64,000 nt of DNA from an uncultured Planctomycetaceae bacterium (GTDB lineage: Bacteria; Planctomycetota; Planctomycetia; Isosphaerales; Isosphaeraceae): the NCBI GenBank assembly GCA_963833985.1, contig CAWIAD010000002.1, positions 384,001 through 448,000 on the forward strand, read 5' to 3'. Both the position numbers and the translations under genes were made by a program. Of the stretch, positions 8,826 to 18,130 are shown in pieces (position 1 is the first letter of the stretch; each line of letters begins with the position of its first letter). Below the pieces are notes generated by a model that did not search any database, was not told where the DNA came from, and saw nothing but the letters and a program-made list of their open reading frames with translations.

Positions 8826-10013
8826 TCAGCGGCCGGAGGCGTCCACTTCGATGCTGTTTCCTGCGACCCGGACGACCCTGGCCCAGGTGATCTGGTCCGC
8901 GAAGCGCTGCACATCGACCGAGCCCTCGAAGCCTATCCGATACATGGACAACGGACCGCCAGAGCCGGAGTTCGAGAGCTGATACCCGCTGGAAACGCGC
9001 CTGATCAGCTCCGTCAGCCTGTCCGCGAACTGCCTGGCGGCCTCCCGGTTGCTCAGACCGGAGACCATCACAACAATCGAGTACGCCATGACCGGCTGCT
9101 GGACGCCCGGCGGCGGTGCGGGCGATTGCGCCGGCGGGGGTTCGAAGCCCGAGGGCGGACCAGGGGCTGGTCGCAGAAAACCCGGCGGCACTTCGGCAGG
9201 ATCGCCGGCACCCGAGAACCCAGCCGGGAGGGCCCCGTCCTGCCGATCGATGTTGTGCCTCATCGCATTGAGTCCTGGCAGCGCGATGGCCATGACGATC
9301 ACCACACCGAAGGACGCGATGTAGCTCAGGAAGGGGCCCTTCATGGCATCCCATTCCCTGATCGTGTACCCAAGGATGTAGAAGGGGCAAAACCAGCAGA
9401 GCAGCCCGGTCAAGAGACCGTCGCTGAAGGGCACGATGATGACCCCGGCTGCCCCGTAGAGAAAGAGCACCAGGAACGACAGCACCCCACCGCCAAAGAA
9501 GAGGTACGCCCCGGCAGCCGGGCTGATGAGGGTGAGCAGAAAACCCAGGGCGAGCACGGCGAGTACACCGAAGTAGACAAACCCCGGCAGACCATCGAAT
9601 AAGGAGCCCCGGTCGCGACTTGCCCAGGAGCTTCCCTTGCTCTTTTGCCCCGGTGAGCTTGCCGGGGCCCGGCGGGGGAGCACCGGCGCATCGTATTCAT
9701 TGTCGACTGACGGAAGCGCGGGGGCGGCAACCGGGCCGACCGGCACGTCGTTCAGGCCGTACGGGTCGTCCACGGCTGAATCTGGGATGGATGGCGAGGG
9801 CAAGGAAGGACGCCGTTCCGCGGCCCCACGAGTCTTCCCCGACGAACTCGCTGAGGCGGCCACCGGCGCCGCCCCCCGCGGCGGACGGACGGTCGATGGC
9901 GTCGGGATGACGAAAACGTGACCGCACCCGCTGCACCGGGCCTTCTTGCCCGAAAGAATGCTGTCTTTCTGAAACTTCTTTCCGCAACTGGAGCACGAAA
10001 ACACGATCTGCAT
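8826..10013 (-). CDS. Zn-ribbon / Pro-rich linker / multi-TM membrane protein
   Basis: N-terminal CSSC...CSGC zinc ribbon, Pro/Ser-rich linker, 4-5 hydrophobic helices, and a small C-terminal alpha/beta domain. Confidence 0.75.
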   Translation of the reverse strand: MQIVFSCSSCGKKFQKDSILSGKKARCSGCGHVFVIPTPSTVRPPRGAAPVAASASSSGKTRGAAERRPSLPSPSIPDSAVDDPYGLNDVPVGPVAAPALPSVDNEYDAPVLPRRAPASSPGQKSKGSSWASRDRGSLFDGLPGFVYFGVLAVLALGFLLTLISPAAGAYLFFGGGVLSFLVLFLYGAAGVIIVPFSDGLLTGLLCWFCPFYILGYTIREWDAMKGPFLSYIASFGVVIVMAIALPGLNAMRHNIDRQDGALPAGFSGAGDPAEVPPGFLRPAPGPPSGFEPPPAQSPAPPPGVQQPVMAYSIVVMVSGLSNREAARQFADRLTELIRRVSSGYQLSNSGSGGPLSMYRIGFEGSVDVQRFADQITWARVVRVAGNSIEVDASGR

Positions 10014-10561
10014 GGCTCACCTGAAGCAGCGTGTGGTCCGCAAGGCCTGGCCGCCCTCGTGACCGTAATGGTTGGATCGAGCGAGCGATTGCGGGGCGAA
10101 TTGTAGCAGCCGGGACATTCCAGGAACAAGCACGCAGGCCATCAGTGATTCGACAAAGCGACAGGCCCGCGCTCTGACCGCGCGGCATGCCCCTTGCGCG
10201 AGCGATAAGGACCGGACCGCTCCACCTGGCCGACGGCTCACGTGGGCCAGAAACAGCGCTCGACTGGTCCAGCCATGCAAGGAGATTCTCCTCGGCTTCA
10301 GGAACCACCGGGCGGGCCGTTGGGGCCGGGGACAACATCGGTATAAGATCACGTCATTAAATCTTCACTTTTTACAAGTTTGGTATCTCGTCCCACAAAA
10401 GGGAGAATCGGGGGTTGCTGATCTGAACCTGGCACGCCGCGCCGTGCTTGAGAACGCGCAGCTTGAACCAGCCTGGCACCAACAAAATGCGCGGGAACAG
10501 GTCGGGCATTGCGGCGCGCCAGTGAGCCTGAGCGGCCCTTCCTGGCACAAATCGCAGCCGA

Positions 10562-11074
10562 TCACCGCGACTTCAATCGTTTCCTGATCTGCTCTGGCCG
10601 GGCTCGCTTCGCGCGTGCTTCGGTATGCGGCCGTTGCCAGGACTGCTTGCGTTCCGGCTTTGCCTTGACCATGTCGTAATGCCGTTTCAGCCGCTCCACG
10701 TAGGCAGCGTCCGGCAAGATCACCGACTGGAAGAGGTCGAGGAAGTCTTCCGCATACTCCGACTGCTCCCAGATCGGGTCGAGGAACAGCTCCAGGCTCG
10801 TTCCGGCAACCGCAAGCGGACGGGATCCTTGCTCCAGCTTGAGACCCGGATCCCAGGAATAGCTGATGGACGCCCAGATCTTTCCCGGAGTTGATTCCTC
10901 GACCACCCTGATCAGCACACGGCGGCAGTGGCAACCCACTTCATCACAGTACATCTCCAGGAACGCGTACCGGCCGGGAGGCGGCGCTTCGCCATCCCCC
11001 GGTCCCTCAAGGATCACCACACGCGTCTCTCGCGGTCCGATGTCCGGGAACCGTTTCGAGAAATAAGCCATCAT
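10562..11074 (-). CDS. Conserved hypothetical protein with Cys cluster (YCDEVGCHCRRV)
   Basis: Globular-looking ORF. The motif resembles the N-terminal region of proteins often fused to SEC-C, but no SEC-C motif is present here. Confidence 0.6.
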   Translation of the reverse strand: MMAYFSKRFPDIGPRETRVVILEGPGDGEAPPPGRYAFLEMYCDEVGCHCRRVLIRVVEESTPGKIWASISYSWDPGLKLEQGSRPLAVAGTSLELFLDPIWEQSEYAEDFLDLFQSVILPDAAYVERLKRHYDMVKAKPERKQSWQRPHTEARAKRARPEQIRKRLKSR

Positions 11075-11231
11075 GGCTGGGTCCTCCAGTTCTTACCCGA
11101 TGAATCTTCAAGCAATGATGTGTGAGTTCCGGTCCATTGCGGACGCACGGCACCTTCGGATATACCATAATCGAAGCGACCAGTTCGACTGGAAATCGGC
11201 CCAGCACGGCCGTCGGCGGAGGCTCCGGCTG

Positions 11232-12323
11232 ATGAGATTGCTGTTCGACGGCCACCTGGACCTGGCCTGGAACGCCCTGTCCTGGAACCGGGACATCACG
11301 CAGGATCTCGACTGGCTGAACCGCGGTGAGATCGGAATGACCGACCATCCGTCGCGGGGGCGGGCGACGACGACGCTGCCCGAGCTGCGCAGGGCGGGCG
11401 TCGCGGTCTGCCAGGCGACGCTGCTGGCACGGGCCAAGCCGGAAGTGCGCCGGCCGGAGGGCCATGCTCGCAACAGCCTGGACTTCGCCTGCCAGGAGAT
11501 TGCCTCGGCCACGGCCCGTGGGCAACTGGCCTACTACGAGCTGCTGGAACGCAGGGGGCTCGTGCGCATGATCCGCTCCCGCTCCGAACTGGACCAGCAC
11601 TGGGAGCGCTGGCGGGCCGGCGACGGTGACGGCGACGAGCCCATCGGCTACATCCTGGCGATGGAGGGTGCCGATCCCATCGTCGAGCCGGGCCAGGCCG
11701 TCGAGTGGTGGAACCTGGGCCTGCGCTCGGTGAACCTGGCACATTACGGCAAGAGCCGCTACGCGGTCGGCACGGGCGACGACGGTCCGCTCTCTCCGGA
11801 GGGCGTGCAACTGCTCAAGGAGTTCGAGCAACTGGGGATGATCCTCGATGCGACTCACCTTTCCGACACCAGCTTCCACCAGGCGCTCGCCATCTTCCAT
11901 GGACCCGTGCTGGCCAGCCACAATAACTGCCGGGCCCTGGTTCCCGGTGACCGGCAGTTCAGCGACGCACAGTTACGCTTGCTCATCGAGCGCGACGCCG
12001 TCATCGGTGCGGCGCTCGACGCCTGGATGCTCTTTCCTGGCTGGGTGCGCGGAGAAACCTCGCGCGATGCGGTGAACCTCGAGGCGGTCGCGGACCAGGT
12101 CGACCACGTCTGCCAGCTTGCCGGCAATCACCGGCATGCCGCGATCGGCAGCGATCTCGACGGCGGATTCGGCACCGAGCAAAGCCCGCTGGGCATGGAC
12201 CGAATTTCCGATCTTCAGCGGCTGGATGAGATCCTCGCGCGGCGCGGCTATGCCGCGGAGGCGATCGATGCGATCTTTCACGGCAACTGGATTCGCTTTT
12301 TCCGCAAGAATTTGCCCTTCTGA
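11232..12323 (+). CDS. Dipeptidase, M19 (renal/membrane dipeptidase) family
   Basis: FDGHLD, LAMEGAD, ILDATHLSD, ASHNN, DRQFSD and IGSDLDG motifs. Confidence 0.92.
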   Translation: MRLLFDGHLDLAWNALSWNRDITQDLDWLNRGEIGMTDHPSRGRATTTLPELRRAGVAVCQATLLARAKPEVRRPEGHARNSLDFACQEIASATARGQLAYYELLERRGLVRMIRSRSELDQHWERWRAGDGDGDEPIGYILAMEGADPIVEPGQAVEWWNLGLRSVNLAHYGKSRYAVGTGDDGPLSPEGVQLLKEFEQLGMILDATHLSDTSFHQALAIFHGPVLASHNNCRALVPGDRQFSDAQLRLLIERDAVIGAALDAWMLFPGWVRGETSRDAVNLEAVADQVDHVCQLAGNHRHAAIGSDLDGGFGTEQSPLGMDRISDLQRLDEILARRGYAAEAIDAIFHGNWIRFFRKNLPF

Positions 12324-12427
12324 GCGATGGTCCCGTGAGACGGGCTCGGAATTCCGGGTCCTTCCTGGCGTTTCATTGCCAGGCTTGCGGCGCGGTGGAG
12401 AGCGCACCGGAGGTCTTCGTGGGCGAG

Positions 12428-15400
12428 ATGGATGCAATCCCGGCCGACTGGTGTGAGCAGGCGCAGGAGCTTCTGGCGGCCGCCGAACGAGGCCAGGGCA
12501 AGCCGCTGACCGATCTACTAGACCAGCTCGCAGAGGGCATCCGCCTGCGGCGTGCTCTCGATCAGCGAGCGCCCGAAGCCCCCACAGAGACCGCGCCGAG
12601 CCATCCAGAGGCGGCTCTTCGAGCTGCGACGGGCCATCGCCGCTGAGATTTCCAGTCGCGAGGTCGAGCCGGACGAGCGTTCGGAGCTCTCTGGTCGAGT
12701 GAAGGCGTGGTTGGCCGAGGCGCGGATCACGCTCCGGAACCTGGTGAGCGACCATGCGCTGGACGCGCTGGCTCGAGCGCTTGCGATCGACGGTTTGCGG
12801 ACCGACCTGGAATGGCTCGGTATGCTGGTAACCTGGCTTGACCGGGAAACGCCTCCGGGCCGGATGGCGGCGCTGGATGTTGAGCTGGAACGGATTCGCA
12901 ACGGCCTGGCCGTCTGGCCTGAGCCGCAACGGAAGCCCGACGACCGCCGCGAGGCCCTGCTGCGGCGTTGCGATCGTTTGCGGGGTGTGCTGCTGGAGCG
13001 GCGGATCCGTTCCGAACTGGAGAGACCGGCTGCCGGCGAAACCCCCGAGCAACTGCTCGGCCAGCGTCTCGAGTTTTCCCGGCTGCAAGCGCGGGTGCTG
13101 GCTCTTGAGGAGCCAGACGATGAAGCACGCCCGAAATGGCTGGGCGGCGACCCCGAGCAATGGGCCGACGCGCTCTCGGTGCGGCGGATCGAGCTGTCCG
13201 TCCGGGCCGCGAGCCAGCTCGAGGCGATGAGCCTGGCCGAAGCCCGTCGCCACTGCGAGCGAGCCGCCCAGCGCGCACGCGACGAGGTCAGTGAGATGAT
13301 CGCGTTCGTGCAGGACATGCCCCTGCGCCGGGCCGTGAGCCGGCTGGAGCTGGCGCGGCAGGATCTCCAGCAACTCGCGGTCATCCTTCGCCGCCGTGCG
13401 GGTTCACCGCGCTCCGAGAGCGGCCAGGACGACGAGGACCCGAACGTCCCCGGCGGGGCGCGGCGTGCCGCTTCGCCGCACGATTCAGGCGAAGCTGAGA
13501 TTGCTCGCCAGCGGATTCGCCACCAGGCCCTCGAGCTCAAGAAGGCGGACCGCAGGGTGCGCGGCGAATGGCAAGAGCGGCTACTGGCATTCCGGCTGGC
13601 AAGCGTGCTGGGGACGCGCGTCGCGAGGTTGATCGAGACGGCCGTGCTCTGGCTCATTCTCTTGCTGGTCGGCCTGATCACCGCGGAATGGCTGCTCGAT
13701 CGCGCCGGATTGCTTCTGGACAGCCATCGCCGCTGGCTGGCCTGGGCGGATCTTGCCGTCTGCTCGGCCCTCCTCCTGGAATTTGCCCTCCGGCTGGCTC
13801 TTGCCCCGCGCAAGGGGGTCTACCTGCTGCGCCATTTCGTCCTCGATGTCCTCGCCTCACTTCCGTTCGGCTTCCTTGCCTACCAGTCCGCCGTGGCCGA
13901 GCTGGGGACGGCACCCGGAACGGACGCAACGTTTCTCTGGTTCCTCAAGGCCCTGCAAGTCGGCCGGCTCGTGCAACTGGTACGGTTTCTCCGCCTCACG
14001 CTTCCGGTCCTCAGGCTCGCGCGGCTGGTCCTTTTTTTCCTCAGGCTCGGCGACCGTCTCGTGAGCAAGTACGCGGGGCTATTGAACCGCAACATCATCC
14101 TCTTCGAGCCCTATCACGCACAGCGGCCGGAATCGAGCGATCGGCACCGCCTGGCGGCCCTGCGCGGCGAGCAGGAGCATGCGGCCTGGGCCCTGGCGGC
14201 ACGACTGGACGCCGGCCAGCGCGCGCAGCTTGCCGCCCGAGCCCTGGCCGATCTGGACATCCGCATCGAGACCCAGCCGTTCGAGGTCCCTGGCAGCGAG
14301 GGTGCGGAGCACGAGCCGGGTGAGGGCGTGGGCCGCGACGTTCCCGTGGAGGCGCTCGTCGATCGGCTGATCCAGCTCAGCCCGGAGGGACTCGTCGAGC
14401 AGATGGGACCGGCGTTCGTCACCTCGGCCGATCGTTACCTGCGGCTGCTGGACGTGCCGCTTGTGCGGCGCATGCGGGTGATCCGCAACCTTGTGGCATA
14501 TCGCCAGAAGAGCCCGGCGGAAGCCGTCGCCCTGGCCGCTAACTACGTCGGCCATCTGCTCCAGCGCATCCTTGACGTCGTCTACTTTCTGGCCGACCTG
14601 GAGGGAACGCTGTCGCCGCCGGTCTTCCTTGACCGCCTGGGAGCGACGATCGAGAGCGCGACCCGCACGCCAGCCAGGCGTTTACTCTGGATGGGGTCAG
14701 CCTTCCTGTCACTCTTCGTCGTGGTCAATAGCGTGGGTTTCCTGAAGCCCTTTCGGGGCTTTGTCGACCGGCTTCAAGACTTGCTCGGCTGGCCGGTGAT
14801 CGTCCTGGGTGGTTTCTGCCTGATCTTCTGGCTGCTCGGCTCATGGTTCCGGAAGATCGCCAACCAGTCGGCCGACCATTGTGAGCGGGTGGTCGAGGCG
14901 CAGTTCGCCGCCCAGACCAAGAACCTGAAGTCCCGCCGTCGCGATCAGGACGCGCGGTTCCTGGCCGAACGCGTCATCGATCCGGAACTGTTGCTGAGAT
15001 CGTCCGATAACTCGTTACCGGACCTCTATCGTGGTCATAGCGAGGCCGGGCCCGAATCCACGGGCCGTCTGCTCTTCGAGAACCGCGAGCTGATCTTTCT
15101 GAGGAACATTCGCCTGCTCTATCAGGATTACCTCGACGGCTCGCCCTTTCACCGCAGCGACACCAGGGCCTCGGTGCAACTGCTGGGCAACCTGGCGCTG
15201 GCCAACTTGCGGCGCAGCCACCTGGGCCACCTGCTGCGCGAGGGACGCGCCCTGGACCGCCTTGATCTCAGCCGCGCCGGGCGACTCTTCGGCGGGCCCT
15301 ACCTCTGGTTCAACTACATCACCCGCATGATTGTCCAGGAGACGGCGATCCTGCTCCTGGATTACAACCAGCACGCGATCCCCCTGGACCGCCTGGCCTG

Positions 15401-16882
15401 CTCGCCGCCGGAGACCCGGCACAGCTTCGCCTGCTGGCTGGCGCGGCGCTTGCGGATCGATCCGGGCGAGGTTGTCCTCCCCGAACTGGCCGTCCCCGGG
15501 GCTGAAGACGCGGCTTCATCGGCCGAATGCCATGCGCGTTCCCGGCGCGCCGAGGCGGACGACTTCCTCGAAACCGTGGAGTTCACCGCGATGGACTTCC
15601 TGGCCGACGACCCCCAGCGCGACGCGGGGATTGCGGCCCGCTTTGGCCTCCAGCTCGCCGAGCTCGTACGCAGGGACCGGCAGCAAAATGTCCGTCGCGC
15701 ATTCCGCAGCTTCCCGCTCCATGAGCTCCCCCTGGCGCAGCGAACGATCAACCTCTACGCCTTCTATGAGGCATACCTGTCGCACGGCAGGATCGTCTTC
15801 TTCCCGTTTCTTGTCGCGGGCGCCGCGGGACAGGCCGTCCTGACCGCCTACCGCGCGGTGCGGCGCGGCGTGCGCGAGATCCTTCATCCCAGCGTCGACC
15901 AGGATGACGACGTGCCCGCGGATACGTACTGGGCGGCGCTGCGCAAGATCCACCGCATGCGCAAGCCCGTGTTCATGGGCACGCTCTGGCTCCGCGCCGA
16001 TTCGACCCCGAATATCTCGGCCTGCCTCTGCCCACCGCGCCGCCCGGAATCGCCGCGCATTCACTGATGGAGAGCGACCTCGATTTCATCGGCGCCTCAC
16101 GGCAGGACCGCATCATCGCCGAGCAGATCCGCACCGGCCACCAGCGCCGGCTACGCTGGATCGGTCGCTGGCTCCAGCAGTTCGGCTGGACCTTCGACAC
16201 CCTGCCCGGATACCTCGCCCGCGAGATCCCCTACCTTGCCAACCGGGGCGGAGAAGGCCTTCGCGCCCTGGTGACGGCCTGCGTGCTCGACCACGACGAC
16301 ATCACCAGCCTGGCCTTCTCCATCGAGGGCCTGAAGCGCGTGCTGGCCCACGGTGCCGACGCCGCGCTGGACGGGCAGGCGCTGCCGCCCGGCTTGCCCG
16401 ACCCGGTGGTGAACCTGCGCAAGCTCTGGCATCCTGTGCCGGCGCGGCGCCGCCCGCTGAGCGACCTCTTCCGGCTGGCTTGCTTTCCCGCTTACGGTCC
16501 GCAGCAGCAGGCTCGCATTCTTGCCTATCTGCACCGTCACCGCCGTGCGGTGCGCGGCTGGATTCACGTCATCCTGGGCCAGGCCGGCGACGATCCCTGG
16601 ACCACCGTGCAGAGCCGCATGCGCGAGGTGCTCTTGCGAACGGACCTCTGGAGCGACCAGGTGCTCGTCTTGAGAGCGGTGCAGACGCTGACCATGCTCG
16701 ATGTCCAGCACAATTGCGACCTGGTCTGGAGCCTGGGCGGGTATACGCTGCCGGCCTCCGATGCGGCCGCGGCCAGCGGATCTTTCACCAGGGAGCCGGC
16801 CGAGGAGAGGCAGGTCCCGGAGCGCGATTTCCCGAGAACGGTTGCCGCCGGGAACACGCCGGCAGCAGCCGGAGTGCAGTGA
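12428..16882 (+). CDS. ~1,480-aa membrane protein with voltage-sensor-like (Ion_trans S1-S4) domain; apparent frameshifts ~12595 and ~15997
   Basis: ORFs 12335-12646, 12552-16067 and 16067-16882 join by small indels (TETA/RAIQRRL; LRA/RFDPEYLG). S1-S4 at ~13630-14055 carries ADLAVCSALLLEFALRL, DVLASLP and GRLVQLVRFLRLTLPVLRLARL. Confidence 0.7.
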
Positions 16883-16917
16883 TTGGATGGTCGTCGGGTG
16901 GATCAGTCTGGGTCGGA

Positions 16918-17862
16918 TCAGCGCGACTCGCCGGCAAGAACGGGGGTTTCCTCCACGGCACGGCCGGGCGGTACGGCCTGGGCGACCTTCTGGACGCAGA
17001 CCCGCTGCATGTCCCTGAAGTTCAGATAGAACTTCCAGTTTCGCAGGCCGAGCCGGTCCGAGATTCGATCCAGCCGCCACTTGAGCTTGGGGCTGCGGCT
17101 GATGACTCCTACATTGTAGAGCAACCGTTCCGCCGTGAGCGATCGGCCCACGTAATCAAGCCGCACCGTCTTGAAGCCTGCGGCTTCATAGAGGTTCTTG
17201 AGCGACTGCGTGGTGAAGAAATAGATATGACCGATGCAGCCGAGGCTCCGCTCCCGGCGGCCGAGGAGCTTGAACATCAGGGTGTCATAGCGCGGAGTCT
17301 CGATGACGAAGTGCCCTCCCGGCCTGAGGATCCGGTGGACCTCCCGGAGCGTCCGCAGGGGATCGTCGATGTGCTCGATGACGTGATTCAGCAGGACCAC
17401 GTCGAACGATTCATCGGCGAATCCGGCCGTTTCCAGGATTGCGTTCTTGACGTCAAGCCCGAGCTCCTCGCGGGCATGGCGGCAGGCCTGATAGAAAGGC
17501 TCCACGCCCGTGACGTCCCAGCCGTCCTTCCGAAAGACATCCATCAGGTAACCCAGGCTGCTGCCGACTTCCAGCAGATGTCCGCGCTGCGGGTAGAGGC
17601 CGTTCAGAAGGGCACGCGTCCTGTCGTAATCCTTGACCTGGAGCCGCTCCTTGAGAACCCGGCTGTCCCCGGGATGGAAGGGGTCGTACTCCGGGTCGTA
17701 GTGGGCGATCTCGACGTGATCGGGTTCCTTCGCGCGTGGACTGGCGTACATGAGTCCGCATCGGTTGCAGCGCACGATACGGTTCGGCTGGGCAACTCCC
17801 GCCTCGAAGAGCACGGTGGCGTCATCCACTCCACAGTAATTGCAGGGCACGGCATCCGACAT
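16918..17862 (-). CDS. Class I SAM-dependent methyltransferase with N-terminal CxxC pairs
   Basis: CNYC...CNRC, LLEVGSSLG, FDVVLLNHVIEH, LRPGG. Confidence 0.9.
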   Translation of the reverse strand: MSDAVPCNYCGVDDATVLFEAGVAQPNRIVRCNRCGLMYASPRAKEPDHVEIAHYDPEYDPFHPGDSRVLKERLQVKDYDRTRALLNGLYPQRGHLLEVGSSLGYLMDVFRKDGWDVTGVEPFYQACRHAREELGLDVKNAILETAGFADESFDVVLLNHVIEHIDDPLRTLREVHRILRPGGHFVIETPRYDTLMFKLLGRRERSLGCIGHIYFFTTQSLKNLYEAAGFKTVRLDYVGRSLTAERLLYNVGVISRSPKLKWRLDRISDRLGLRNWKFYLNFRDMQRVCVQKVAQAVPPGRAVEETPVLAGESR

Positions 17863-18130
17863 GGCAGGGTTCCTCGAGGCCGGGAATGGTGGCAGCAGTC
17901 ACGATGCTGACATCAAGCCTAGAAAATCGTACTGCGCGCGGCCGCCTGAACGGTAGACAACTTGCTGGCCATGCGCCGGCAGGGTGCTCATGACCGACGA
18001 CAGGGGCCAGGCCGTCGGCAAGATCGGCCGTGATCGGCCGCGCCATCTCGAAGAATCGAAGGTAATACCATGATGCAAGATACGCAAACCGGTCCGGAAC
18101 ACCGCGGGACGCTGCTGTTTACGAAGGACC

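Noticed and set aside
12428..16882. Conventional voltage-gated K+ channel
   Set aside because: There is no TVGYG/TxGYG filter and no S5-P-S6 directly after S4.
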